From: a virus
IMG/VR virus record: IMGVR_UViG_3300020469_000011
Location: 32,001-96,000 of that record
Length of the DNA: 64,000 nt
Reading direction: 5' to 3' (one strand)
Shown: in pieces, positions 27,032 to 37,675 of the stretch
Layout: each line of letters begins with the position of its first letter
How positions within the stretch are numbered: position 1 is the first letter of the stretch
Program-made: the position numbers and the translations under genes
Notes under the pieces: model-generated
Databases searched by the model: none
The model's input: only the letters and a program-made list of their open reading frames with translations
What the model was told of the DNA's origin: nothing

Positions 27032-27121
27032 TCAGCATTCACAACTTTCATCATTACAGTCTAAACATTTACAATTACCACATTTACAATCCTCACATTT
27101 ACAGTTTGGATTATTACACAT
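27032..27121 (-). CDS. metallothionein-like Cys-rich peptide (29 aa, not in ORF track)
   Basis: MCNNPNCKCEDCKCGNCKCLDCNDESCEC; 10 Cys; GGAGA RBS; between gp8 stop and terminator. Confidence 0.8.
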   Translation of the reverse strand: MCNNPNCKCEDCKCGNCKCLDCNDESCEC

Positions 27122-27133
27122 GGAATCTCCTTA

Positions 27134-29554
27134 TTAGAACTGAATACTGATCTTCAAGTCTTCAGTTTGATTTTGTGAACGTGATACCATACTTCTGTTT
27201 TCTACATACAATACTTTACCAGAACCTGGCATCATACCTGGTGTGAGTGCAGTATTTGTAGATACAGTATTTGCAACTACATTATCACTCTGAACTGAGT
27301 GTAATGTAAGTGACTCTATTTTATATGCATGATCTTGTTGAAGAACAGTAAAGAAATCTTTACGTGGCTTAATAACTCTCAATCTTTCCAAAACAGTATC
27401 ATGATCTACAACTCTTGCAGTTGCTACCAATTCTCCAGCGTTATATGTCTTTGTTGCAGTTGGAAGACCACTAGCATATGTATTTGAAGTTATAGTACCT
27501 GTTGCATAGAAACCGATATCCATATCTGGCTCAAAGAATAGATTCATAGAAGTATTTGCTTTTGCATATGAATTTCCATTCAGATTTACACGATAGCATT
27601 GGTCTGTTTTGAAGTTTCTAAACAACTCACCATAACTTGTGCCTGATGAAGTTGGTTTACTTTGCCACAATTTATTTAAATTAGCAGCATCGTAACTTAA
27701 TGGATTTTTCAAAATACCAATCTTTCTGAATTCGTTTCCTACCGTAAATTCATCAGATTCTGTACCTTCAAATCTTGCGTTAATCATTACATTGAATCCT
27801 CCAAACTCCGCAACTGGATCAAATCCATGACCACCTACAGGTGAAATAGTAGCATGTACTTTTGCTGTATTTGCTGCCGCAGGAAATGCTCCGGCACCAC
27901 TATATGTAGAGACATCTGGTATTACTTTAGCCGAATCAATACGATAATGATACTTACCAGGATTTGTTACTCTTACATCAATAATTCTTCCTGGATCCGA
28001 AACTTTGTATACTTTTGGATTTGCAGTAGAATCAAAGATAGGCTCAACAATTGCATATGCGTTAAATCCATCAACAGGATCTACAATTGTGGTTGCCTGA
28101 TGATTAGGTTCAATTGTGATTCTCGGATGTACTTCTACATGTACAGCAGTTTGTGTACCAGCAACACCAGCAGTTAAACCTGTTATTGTTCCAGCGGCAT
28201 TAGTACCTGTGATACTATTAACAAATGCGGGATCAATAGTCAGTGATAATTGTGAACCATTGTGTGCTACTGCAGAAACGGGAAATACATATTTTTTATA
28301 ATTGTCATCAACGAAAGCACCGGTACCAACAGCTTTAATAACAACACCGTATCCAATAAAAGCATCTTTTTTAGTTGATGTTGCAAGAGCGGCGGCACCT
28401 GCTGAAAAATCAAATTGATTAACAGCAGTTGAAGCACCTGCATACTTAGAGGCAATTCCTTTATCAGGCCATTCCGGATCAATATTATTGAAATCAGCAT
28501 TTGTAATTTGAAATACTAATGATCCTGCATTTATATCTATAACTGCGCTTGCTGTATTACATGCAAGTTGATAAAAACCATCTCCACCTTTAATATCATA
28601 TCCATGTAAAGTACCCGCAGAGTCTACAACTGCAGTTTTTTCAACTAACACGTTCATAATTGTTCCGTTAGTTGCATTTTCTTCTACAGTATATTGATCT
28701 GAATAATCGTTAATACGATTTCCATTTTCTCTACGTATGGTTCTTACTGGTATGTAAGAAGTTGTTACAAATTTAAGTGCTTCACCGGCATCAATAGTAT
28801 AATAGTATTTCCACTGATAACCATCATTTTTTTCTGTTTCAGTATCTGTAGAATCCACAATCATATAATCTTCACTGACTCCACTGGTTTGTACAAAATT
28901 AAGAGGTTCACGATAAGATGAAAAGTCCCAAATATAAGTATTTGATCCATCTACCGAAACTTCTTTAAATCTACCAACTCCTTGTTTAATTGCTTTATAA
29001 ACTCGGAATCTTTGGTTTACTGTATGCAAAAGCATATCATCGTCAAATAGATTGTCTAATCTATCATCATATCCATCATATTTTAATCCAGTTTTCCAAT
29101 TTCTTACGCCTGCTTTAATTTCATCGGCTCTCTCTCTTTTAACAACATGAGAAACTTCACCGCTTGAAACTTTTTTAGCAGCAATCATATCGTCCCAATG
29201 ATTAAAATGGGAATCTTTCACACTATCCACAGGATTAGGTGGATTATTTTCATTAATATTTGGGTCTACACTTCCGTCTGGTGTATCTGTTGAAGTCCAG
29301 GCCGCTACTCTACCAATAAATAAATACATCTGATCATCTAATGCAAAGAAAGGAATTCTATTCAATCCATTAGTACCTGTGCTTGTATCCGTAATTCCCC
29401 CAGAGGCAACGTCTAAAGCTTGTGTATTAGGATCAACTCTCATCGCATTGATAGGAATGTAGCCACCCACTTCATTTTGAGATCGTTCTTCAAAACTTTC
29501 TCTAAATTGTTTAGCATTACTTACACGAAAACTGGTATGCACTAGTGCTGGCAT
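27134..29554 (-). CDS. gp8: baseplate wedge subunit (gp8-like)
   Basis: MPALVHTSFRVSNAKQF, MYLFIGR, WDDMIAAKKV, DGYQWKYYYTI, GGHGFDPVAEFGG, SGKVLYVENR...QTEDLKISIQF. Confidence 0.85.
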   Translation of the reverse strand: MPALVHTSFRVSNAKQFRESFEERSQNEVGGYIPINAMRVDPNTQALDVASGGITDTSTGTNGLNRIPFFALDDQMYLFIGRVAAWTSTDTPDGSVDPNINENNPPNPVDSVKDSHFNHWDDMIAAKKVSSGEVSHVVKRERADEIKAGVRNWKTGLKYDGYDDRLDNLFDDDMLLHTVNQRFRVYKAIKQGVGRFKEVSVDGSNTYIWDFSSYREPLNFVQTSGVSEDYMIVDSTDTETEKNDGYQWKYYYTIDAGEALKFVTTSYIPVRTIRRENGNRINDYSDQYTVEENATNGTIMNVLVEKTAVVDSAGTLHGYDIKGGDGFYQLACNTASAVIDINAGSLVFQITNADFNNIDPEWPDKGIASKYAGASTAVNQFDFSAGAAALATSTKKDAFIGYGVVIKAVGTGAFVDDNYKKYVFPVSAVAHNGSQLSLTIDPAFVNSITGTNAAGTITGLTAGVAGTQTAVHVEVHPRITIEPNHQATTIVDPVDGFNAYAIVEPIFDSTANPKVYKVSDPGRIIDVRVTNPGKYHYRIDSAKVIPDVSTYSGAGAFPAAANTAKVHATISPVGGHGFDPVAEFGGFNVMINARFEGTESDEFTVGNEFRKIGILKNPLSYDAANLNKLWQSKPTSSGTSYGELFRNFKTDQCYRVNLNGNSYAKANTSMNLFFEPDMDIGFYATGTITSNTYASGLPTATKTYNAGELVATARVVDHDTVLERLRVIKPRKDFFTVLQQDHAYKIESLTLHSVQSDNVVANTVSTNTALTPGMMPGSGKVLYVENRSMVSRSQNQTEDLKISIQF

Positions 29555-29608
29555 ATCTACTCTCCTTTAATTTAAATTTTAAACCTCTATTTCAATTCCA
29601 TCACTTTT

Positions 29609-32600
29609 CTACACTAAGATAGTGGAATTCAATAAATTTATCTGCTCTACTGTCATTACTGCATTATTTACAATACTAGTCGTAAAAGTATTTAGTTCAC
29701 TAATATTCCAAGTATAAAGTTCATTTTTTATATAATTCATCTTTAAACTAGAGTGATTATATCTTTTATGATTATTTCTTCTTTTTATTAATCTCTCATC
29801 ATAATATTTCAATCTGAAATCTAAGAAATTATCAACATAATTATTTAATAAAAACTCCTCTAGTGTTATTCCATTATTTATATTATTTATTTCAGTTCCT
29901 AAACCGTCAACATTTCCATTTGCATTTACACTTCCAAAAGTATTTGCAACTCCAAAGGTAGCATTCATATATAGTTTCAAATCATATGGAACAATAGAAT
30001 CTATATTAACATAATTATTATTATTGTATTCAGAAATTTTATATGTAGAATCAAATATATTTTTTGATAACAGTTCAGCTTTCACAGAAGGAATATGGTC
30101 TTCCAAGTAATCTGATAGTTTTAATTTTTTCTTTTCATCAATAGTTCCATATAAGAAATCATGGCGAATAACTTTATCAATATCAAATAATTCATTTCTG
30201 TTGTTTATTTCTTCAAATAATTTTTCAATATTTTCTTCATCACCTAATACAGGAATACTATCTACAAAACTACTTTCTCTGTGTCTAATAGTTGAGGATT
30301 CCTTTAATTTAGTAACTAATTTTTCTTCATCTTCAAATACGCTACTTATAACATTTCTTGAATGTCCAAATGGTATTGGTCTTACATTTTCAATTTGATC
30401 ACTAATCACAGCATTTTTACGTTTTTCAATTGTACCTAATAAGAAGACATCAGTTATCTTATCTTTTAATGAAACTACTGAATTGTCAACAGGAAGTATC
30501 ATTTCTTCTGAAAAATCAGTCAAACTTTCGGTTTCTACGAAAGAAGCATCTAAGAAAACTGGTTGTGTTCCTATAAGGAAATCATCTACAGTTTTTAACT
30601 TTGGTAGATACTTGTCTACAAATGATTGACTAATTATTGTAGGCTCATGAATTTCTTCAGACACAACTGTTCTATTAATATCAATACGATTTTCAAGTAT
30701 AGTGAAATCCAAGAAGCCGTCTATTATTTCATAGTATTTTCTTAAAATAAAATCTTTTTTAGTAATTATATGTCTATCTGAAATTACATTGTGATTATTT
30801 TCATATTCATGAAACTCTAATTGTTGATCTATAGTTGCGTCTAAAAATGTAGTATTTCCGAATGTTACTGTAGTGTGGGGATATTCTTTAGTAGTTAAAT
30901 CTAATTCTGGTTTATAGATTATTCTTGGTTCATGAAGTGCTCTTACAGAAGGAATGTAATTTAAATCAGAAGTAACTATAGGAACATCTAAGTAATCTCC
31001 TATTAAACCATAAAACCATTTCATTCCAATTCTACGATTTCTACCCATGACAACATTTTTATCAAGAACAAATTGATTGTGTTCATATTCATGAAACTCT
31101 AATTGTTGATCTATAGTTCCATCTAAGAATGTAGTATTTGCAAATGTTACTGTTGTGAAAGGAGTAAATTTAAATGTACCATCTAGTTCAGGTTTGTAAG
31201 TTATTTCAGGTTCATTAAGTACAGAAACTGAAGGAATAGATTGTCCACCCCATTCTACTATGGTCTGTTTTCTAAATATCTCTTTTATATTTTTATTTAA
31301 GAAAGGACTAATTTTTTCTTGAGTAGCAAATATAGAAAATCTATCAGGAATAAAGGTGTCATTTTCAAAATCAAATTCTTCAATCATATCACTTGTTGCA
31401 TCTAAGAAAGTTGTATTTGGAAAATATACAGTTGTTATTGGAGTTATTACCGTCTGAGCATCTAGTTCTGGTTTATATGTTATTTCAGGCTCATTCAATA
31501 CGGAAACAGATGGTATCGTATCCTTATTGTACTCTCTCAATATTTGAGTACGCATGTTTTTTCTAATATCTTTATTTAAAAATGGATTTATAAAGTTATT
31601 CGTAGAAAAAGTTGCGAATCTATCTATTATTGATATATCATTTTCAAAATCAAACTCTTCGGTCATGTAACTTGTTGCATCTAAGAAAGTAGTATTTGGA
31701 AATGTAACTGTAGTAAATATGTCTGTTTTTGTATTTGCATCAATGTCTATTCTTCTAATATATCTTGGTTCTGTTAAAGGAACAACTCCTGGTAAAGTAT
31801 CTTTATTATATTCTTTTAAAAATTGATTCATCATATAACTTGCAATTTTTCTGTCAAACCATCTGCCAATAATATTTCCTTTAGAAAATGTACGGTTTCT
31901 ATCAAATATTGGAACATTGTGTTCAAAAGTATCTTCTATGAAAGTAGAAATAGATCCATCTAAAAATACTGTGTTTGGAAAATAAACTATTGTATGTGGA
32001 TCGTAATATGTTTTAATTTCATCAGATAATGTTCTCAAACTTTCTATATGTGTTTCTCCTAAAACTAACGCTTGAGGTAAAGCATCTTTATCATATGCTT
32101 TAACTGTTTGTAGTCTCATGGATTTTTTTATAGGTAAATTGATTACTCTATCTATACGCCTTCTTAATGAAAATAAACGATTCCTATCTATGATTTCATT
32201 CATTATTTCAATATGAGGCTCAGGAGTTTGCTCACTTAAACTACTATCCAAGAAAGTTGTGTTCGGAAAATATACAGTTGTTATTGGTGTTATAATTGGA
32301 TTAGTTATCTCAGCTAAATCTCTTAAACTTAAAATATTAGCCATTCCAGTTGCTGCCGCTATTGGTATTCTATCACCAACATATTCTAAGAAAGAATATT
32401 TTCTATACTCATCTATAAAACGATCTGTCCAAGGTTCAATTTTATCTCCATATTGGAGAAATTCATTTCTAGATAAAACATCAAATTTTACATAAGTTGT
32501 TTTTTCTTGAAATAGAACAGTAGAAGAATCTAAAAATGTTGTGTTTGGAAAATAAACTATAGTGTCAATTTGTTCAGCGATAGATACTGCCTGTTCTTGA

Positions 32601-35600
32601 GGCCGTACATATAAAATTGCTTCTTCTACTGTTGTGGCTCTTCTTGTTAAATCTCCTAGCCATCTTCTACTAATAGCCTTTAACCAAGGTTTAAAGAATA
32701 CAGGTACCCAAGGTTTTATAATTTGACCAAAGTCAAAAAATAAAAATCTGTCTAGCAAATCAACTTCTATTTTTCTAAATATTTCATTTTCTGCAACAGA
32801 AAATGTATTTCCGGCAGGAGCAGGATCTATTCCACCAGAAACTAAAGTAGATAAAGGTTCTAAACCATCATTAACTGCTAATAAAGAAATATTTGATAAG
32901 TATGGAATGGGTTGATCTATTTCTACGGTCGGTATTAAACTATCTACATCATCATGCATTATAAGTTTTCTACTTAAATCTGTAAGTTCGGTAGAAGATA
33001 TTTGAAACGGAGATATATAATTTAAAGGTATAGATATTTGTGTTCTTTCTAATACACTAGTTTTAAAATTATCTATAATAGCATGATTGATTACTGAAGG
33101 AACTTCTATTTTAACATCAAAAACAGTTCTGTCAAAAATTGTATTTTTTCTACCCTGATGTGCGAAACCAAAATCAAAAAAGAAATCGTCTCTATCAAAG
33201 CCTACATCTGTTCCACTAAATTGGAACGGTCTTTTTAAACCATATCCAAAAACATTTTCTTCTAGATGAGTTGTATATTGAGTAGGAGGACTTTCACCTA
33301 ATGTAGCATCAACTTCATTTATTCTTGAAATAACATAACGTACATTATGATTCTTAGGTATTAAATTATCTATATTAGTCCAATTTATAAGATTTCCATC
33401 TTCAACTATTGAACCTAATTTTTCTTTTTCACCAAACACATTTATATCAGCAGCAGAAATCAAAGCATTAATTCTATTTTTTTGTAAATCCTCTATTTTA
33501 TTTAAAACAGTAACAATTGCTTTAGGATCAAATTGATGGTCAGGAGAAAGTACATTAATATTTTCTGCAAGTAATGTTAAAGCTGTCATATCACTAAAAC
33601 TTATTTCATAACCTTCTATATCAACTTTTGGTTTATATCCACGTATTGCTGATATATAATTTTCAAAGGAGAGTTTAGATACTCTGTTTTTTCTTTCATT
33701 AGCGAATCTACCAATATCAAAATTAGCTGCTTCATTTTCTTCACTAACAAATCTAGCAACAGGAGTTTCATTTGGTGAAGAATGTGGTAGTGGAAATGTT
33801 ATAGTAAATGATTGATTATCTTCATTAATGACAGTGTGTAATGGTAGTTCATCTATAGCATAAGCCCGGGTATTTGCTGATGCTTCATTAGAAAGGATAT
33901 CTTCATTAAATGTTTTAAAATCTTTTGATAAGTCAAGGGTTACATAATGAAATTTATTAGGTTCACCAGTTTCTATATGTTTTAAAAATCCGCTATAGTC
34001 AGAAAAATAAAATTCTTGTCTAATTAAGTTTAGTGAAAATTCTGGTTTAGCTAGAACTACATAATCAAGGGTCAGGGGGGAAATTCGGGCTAGGTCCACC
34101 ACTATCGATGGCTCTGGGCCGAAGGTCTGGCTGTTTCCCTTTCGTACTAAAGAACTGAAAAAAAAAAGTTCGGAAGGAGCCACCTCCGGGTAAGGATTGT
34201 TAGTATTTGCGTTGGAATTAAAATCAAATATAATTGTGTTGGAAGGTGGCTCTATTTCCAACATATGTGACAAATCTATTTTTATACCTTCTAAGAAATC
34301 CTCTGTATGCAAAACATCTTCTTCTGTTCCAATTTTTGCAACAGTAAATTCATTATTAATAGCATATGACATATGTACAAAATCTAAATCTGGCTCACTT
34401 ATCTTTATACCACTCTTAATGAAATTCTCTATGTTATCTATTACAACACAATATAAAGTACCTGTATAGCTTACTCTATTTCTTGTAATGTTATTTTTTA
34501 TTCTAACCTGTTCATTTACAACAGATTCATTTGAATATAGTTTACTCAAATCTACTGTGTTAAAGAATGAAGAAGTTCTTGCAATATTTAATTTTTTGGA
34601 TTTTACCTTAAAAAGTAATTTATCTATACCTGAAGTAACTAATTCTTGTTCTTCCGTTACAGTAATAGATAGTCCTGCATTATCTGTATATTCGTATAGA
34701 TAACCATCATAATCAGACTCTATAATTAATTTGGGTTTTTTCCATTTAACAATTCCCTTTTCACTAACATCAGCTACATGATCATCATAAGTTAAATTTT
34801 TAAACATTACCCAACCACGATCTCTAGTAAGAATTTCACTTGTAGGTAAATATGCAGCTTCTCCATTTAAAGAGTTTCCACTAATTAAAGGTTTATAAAC
34901 TGCTGTTTCACTAAAATCAAATGAAGTATTACTGTATTTTACATCATCTCCGCTGGTTCTATTTCCTGTATAATCTGAGATATCACGTACTATAATCATA
35001 CCACCTCTATTAAAAGAAGCAGTGTGACGATTAATATAATCTATTGTTATTCTAAAATTATCAATGGTTTTATCTTTGGCTGAGTCAATTGGACCTGCTT
35101 TATATTTTATTAAATCAGTTCTCCAGTTAGCTTCATCTTCTACGTTTACTATTTTCATGAAAGATTCAACAGATACTAATCCATCATAGTAAAATTGTTC
35201 TGTAATTAAATTATCTTTGTTATCAGTAGCCAAATACTTATCAAAAGAAGTATTACTTTTGCGTCTATTGTTTGAGTAATAAAAATCATATAAAGGACTT
35301 TGTAATGGATTTGTTACTATATCATCTATGAAATATTTAAAAGTGGCAAATATATCAGGTATGCCATCCATACCACCACCAATTTCTACTCTATGATGAT
35401 CTTTTGTTGTAATAGTTTCATTACTAATTTGAGAGACTTGTATTGTGGGTTCTACTAATATTTTATTATCATTTAAAATAAAGTCGTCTTTGTTCAGAAG
35501 TTTATCTTTTTCTATCTGAACTACCATGTGAGGATATATTTCACTTTGTAAATATCCTGCAGTTTCGTTTTCTATTTCTGTAAATTCAAAAGTTTTTATT

Positions 35601-37675
35601 CTAGTTTCTAATTCAGATTCAAATTTATTTCTTATGAACGCTAAAAATCCTGCTGGATGCAATTCATCTAATAATAGAGGTTCAATTAAATCTGCTGGTA
35701 TTTTTGTTATAATTTCATAAGAATAATGTTGATAGTAATAATTATCAAAGAAATACTTATTTGATGAAAGCATACTATCATTGTTTAAGAAATCTCCAAA
35801 AGGTTCAAACAATAAACCAGTTTCATATTCAAGTTTACCTGTTAATCCATGTTCTATTAAAGAGTCATAAAATGTTAGTGTTTCCGGAGGTCTTTTGAAA
35901 ATAACTTCATCTGTATCATCTACCATCAAACCAACATCATCTATTTTTAATTCTGATATTCCATCACCTAGTTTAGACTCTAAAACAGCAGTGTCACTTA
36001 AAGGATTGATATTTACAAGGTCTTTAATTTCGGCAGTTAATTGAGCGTTATTATAAGTAAAAGTTACATCTGTATCGTTTTCTAAATTTGTTGCAGACCG
36101 TTGAGTAACGAATCTTTTAACTTTAACATTTTCACTCTTAATAGAAATACCATTAAATAATATAGGAGTTTCATCTGTATCAATATCTACTTCCCCTATA
36201 CAAGTTGCTAAAGTTTCATCATTTGGAACATTGGTAGCTCCTGATATAGTGAGTGAGGTATTTGCAACAATGTATTGTGCATTAGCTTCATAAGTCGCTG
36301 AGTTTACATCTGTATCAAATAATACATCAAAGTAATTTAATAAACTTGCTTGAGTTAATGAATTAAATGCAGTAGTTCTTGGTGGTAATTCATAGCCTAA
36401 TCCAGAATCTTCAAATTTAACTTCTTTAATTGAACCAACCTCATAATCTGAAGCAAAACTTACTGGAAGAACTTGTAAACTGTTAGTGTTCTGAAATGTA
36501 TTAGAACCTGAAAATACAGTGTTATTTAAATTATAATTTTGAAATGTACTTACAGGTCTATTTTTTATAGTGTTATAATAACTATTAAAAAACTGAGTTA
36601 ATGTTGGATTTACATCAATTGCAGTAACTTTAGCTTTTGCTGAATAAGTTGCTCCTGTAAATTCATTATCAAATACAATTGGATCACCGACACGATAACA
36701 AACTCCAGAATCTTTGATATCAATTTTTGTGACAGAGTGTTTCTTTAATTTAGAAATTCTACCCATACCATCATCAAAGGTAAATCTATCATCTACACTA
36801 TGACCTATTCCACCGTCTATAGGCTTTACACCAATAATAGATTCTAATATTTGAGTTCTTCCTTTTTCAACACCTGTGCTTATATCATAGGCAATAATTG
36901 TTTCATCTTTAACAAATGTTCCGTTTATATAAATTAAATCTAAAAATCCACGAAAAGTATTGTCTAGATATCTTGATACAGTATTTTTACAGGTGGCAGT
37001 AGCTCCAGATATCGTACCAACTATTCTAGCGTTACTAAATGTTGAACCATCTCTGTTGATTTTTATTTGAACTAAATTTTTCTCAGTATATCCACTATCA
37101 GAGAGCCGTAAAATATCTACTTTTGGATAATATAATTCTATGTCATCTTCAAAAAATATTCTAAAAAACCAATAATAAGAATTTTCAGTATCTTTATTTT
37201 TGTAATAATCTAATATTCTTTTAGTTAGAGTTTTTGGATCAACTCTTTTAAACACACTTTCATCAAGTGATACATTATTTTTAAAATATTTTTTAAATAC
37301 GTTTAGTGCGGTATCATAAGAAGTATTATCTTCAATATCATTCATGTATTGATATATATTTTTATAAAGACTTCTTATGAAATATATTTCTCCAGTATCA
37401 CCGTTAAATATAACTTCATTTTTATAAAACTGATTTCCTTCTGTTATATAATCAAAGTATATTCTATTGTTTGTAACAATTTTTACAACTGCTTTAGCTT
37501 TAGATAAAGAGCCGTAAATTAGATCACCTTCTGATAGTTTTTTGTTATCAGATAAAACTATAATTGAAGATTCTAAAAAGTTGTAGTATTCTTCTACAAA
37601 CTTTATGAATTGAGGGTATTGCTCATAAAAATAGTTGGGCAGTTGGCTTTCAACTAAATCTTTGGGTGTTGTCAT
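29609..37675 (-). CDS. gp7: baseplate wedge initiator (gp7-like) with ~2000-aa C-terminal extension
   Basis: VESQLPNYFYEQYPQFIKFVEEYYNFLE, FFRIFF...YPKVDILRLSD, YYQHYSY...LHPAG; between gp6 and gp8. Confidence 0.8.
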   Translation of the reverse strand: MTTPKDLVESQLPNYFYEQYPQFIKFVEEYYNFLESSIIVLSDNKKLSEGDLIYGSLSKAKAVVKIVTNNRIYFDYITEGNQFYKNEVIFNGDTGEIYFIRSLYKNIYQYMNDIEDNTSYDTALNVFKKYFKNNVSLDESVFKRVDPKTLTKRILDYYKNKDTENSYYWFFRIFFEDDIELYYPKVDILRLSDSGYTEKNLVQIKINRDGSTFSNARIVGTISGATATCKNTVSRYLDNTFRGFLDLIYINGTFVKDETIIAYDISTGVEKGRTQILESIIGVKPIDGGIGHSVDDRFTFDDGMGRISKLKKHSVTKIDIKDSGVCYRVGDPIVFDNEFTGATYSAKAKVTAIDVNPTLTQFFNSYYNTIKNRPVSTFQNYNLNNTVFSGSNTFQNTNSLQVLPVSFASDYEVGSIKEVKFEDSGLGYELPPRTTAFNSLTQASLLNYFDVLFDTDVNSATYEANAQYIVANTSLTISGATNVPNDETLATCIGEVDIDTDETPILFNGISIKSENVKVKRFVTQRSATNLENDTDVTFTYNNAQLTAEIKDLVNINPLSDTAVLESKLGDGISELKIDDVGLMVDDTDEVIFKRPPETLTFYDSLIEHGLTGKLEYETGLLFEPFGDFLNNDSMLSSNKYFFDNYYYQHYSYEIITKIPADLIEPLLLDELHPAGFLAFIRNKFESELETRIKTFEFTEIENETAGYLQSEIYPHMVVQIEKDKLLNKDDFILNDNKILVEPTIQVSQISNETITTKDHHRVEIGGGMDGIPDIFATFKYFIDDIVTNPLQSPLYDFYYSNNRRKSNTSFDKYLATDNKDNLITEQFYYDGLVSVESFMKIVNVEDEANWRTDLIKYKAGPIDSAKDKTIDNFRITIDYINRHTASFNRGGMIIVRDISDYTGNRTSGDDVKYSNTSFDFSETAVYKPLISGNSLNGEAAYLPTSEILTRDRGWVMFKNLTYDDHVADVSEKGIVKWKKPKLIIESDYDGYLYEYTDNAGLSITVTEEQELVTSGIDKLLFKVKSKKLNIARTSSFFNTVDLSKLYSNESVVNEQVRIKNNITRNRVSYTGTLYCVVIDNIENFIKSGIKISEPDLDFVHMSYAINNEFTVAKIGTEEDVLHTEDFLEGIKIDLSHMLEIEPPSNTIIFDFNSNANTNNPYPEVAPSELFFFSSLVRKGNSQTFGPEPSIVVDLARISPLTLDYVVLAKPEFSLNLIRQEFYFSDYSGFLKHIETGEPNKFHYVTLDLSKDFKTFNEDILSNEASANTRAYAIDELPLHTVINEDNQSFTITFPLPHSSPNETPVARFVSEENEAANFDIGRFANERKNRVSKLSFENYISAIRGYKPKVDIEGYEISFSDMTALTLLAENINVLSPDHQFDPKAIVTVLNKIEDLQKNRINALISAADINVFGEKEKLGSIVEDGNLINWTNIDNLIPKNHNVRYVISRINEVDATLGESPPTQYTTHLEENVFGYGLKRPFQFSGTDVGFDRDDFFFDFGFAHQGRKNTIFDRTVFDVKIEVPSVINHAIIDNFKTSVLERTQISIPLNYISPFQISSTELTDLSRKLIMHDDVDSLIPTVEIDQPIPYLSNISLLAVNDGLEPLSTLVSGGIDPAPAGNTFSVAENEIFRKIEVDLLDRFLFFDFGQIIKPWVPVFFKPWLKAISRRWLGDLTRRATTVEEAILYVRPQEQAVSIAEQIDTIVYFPNTTFLDSSTVLFQEKTTYVKFDVLSRNEFLQYGDKIEPWTDRFIDEYRKYSFLEYVGDRIPIAAATGMANILSLRDLAEITNPIITPITTVYFPNTTFLDSSLSEQTPEPHIEIMNEIIDRNRLFSLRRRIDRVINLPIKKSMRLQTVKAYDKDALPQALVLGETHIESLRTLSDEIKTYYDPHTIVYFPNTVFLDGSISTFIEDTFEHNVPIFDRNRTFSKGNIIGRWFDRKIASYMMNQFLKEYNKDTLPGVVPLTEPRYIRRIDIDANTKTDIFTTVTFPNTTFLDATSYMTEEFDFENDISIIDRFATFSTNNFINPFLNKDIRKNMRTQILREYNKDTIPSVSVLNEPEITYKPELDAQTVITPITTVYFPNTTFLDATSDMIEEFDFENDTFIPDRFSIFATQEKISPFLNKNIKEIFRKQTIVEWGGQSIPSVSVLNEPEITYKPELDGTFKFTPFTTVTFANTTFLDGTIDQQLEFHEYEHNQFVLDKNVVMGRNRRIGMKWFYGLIGDYLDVPIVTSDLNYIPSVRALHEPRIIYKPELDLTTKEYPHTTVTFGNTTFLDATIDQQLEFHEYENNHNVISDRHIITKKDFILRKYYEIIDGFLDFTILENRIDINRTVVSEEIHEPTIISQSFVDKYLPKLKTVDDFLIGTQPVFLDASFVETESLTDFSEEMILPVDNSVVSLKDKITDVFLLGTIEKRKNAVISDQIENVRPIPFGHSRNVISSVFEDEEKLVTKLKESSTIRHRESSFVDSIPVLGDEENIEKLFEEINNRNELFDIDKVIRHDFLYGTIDEKKKLKLSDYLEDHIPSVKAELLSKNIFDSTYKISEYNNNNYVNIDSIVPYDLKLYMNATFGVANTFGSVNANGNVDGLGTEINNINNGITLEEFLLNNYVDNFLDFRLKYYDERLIKRRNNHKRYNHSSLKMNYIKNELYTWNISELNTFTTSIVNNAVMTVEQINLLNSTILV
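30540..32570 (-). repeat. ~95-aa tandem protein repeat in gp7 extension (7 clear + 1-2 degenerate)
   Basis: T[TI]V[YT]F[PAG]NT[TV]FLD[SGA] recurs every ~280-290 nt. Confidence 0.85.

Noticed and set aside
27040-27115. Short CATTTACA repeats resembling a mini-CRISPR or iteron array
   Set aside because: Explained by Cys-Lys-Cys codons of the minus-strand metallothionein-like ORF; units too short for CRISPR
34068-34200. Possible diversity-generating retroelement variable region in gp7
   Set aside because: No template repeat or reverse transcriptase in the window; the patch is mid-gene and looks synonymous rather than A-specific
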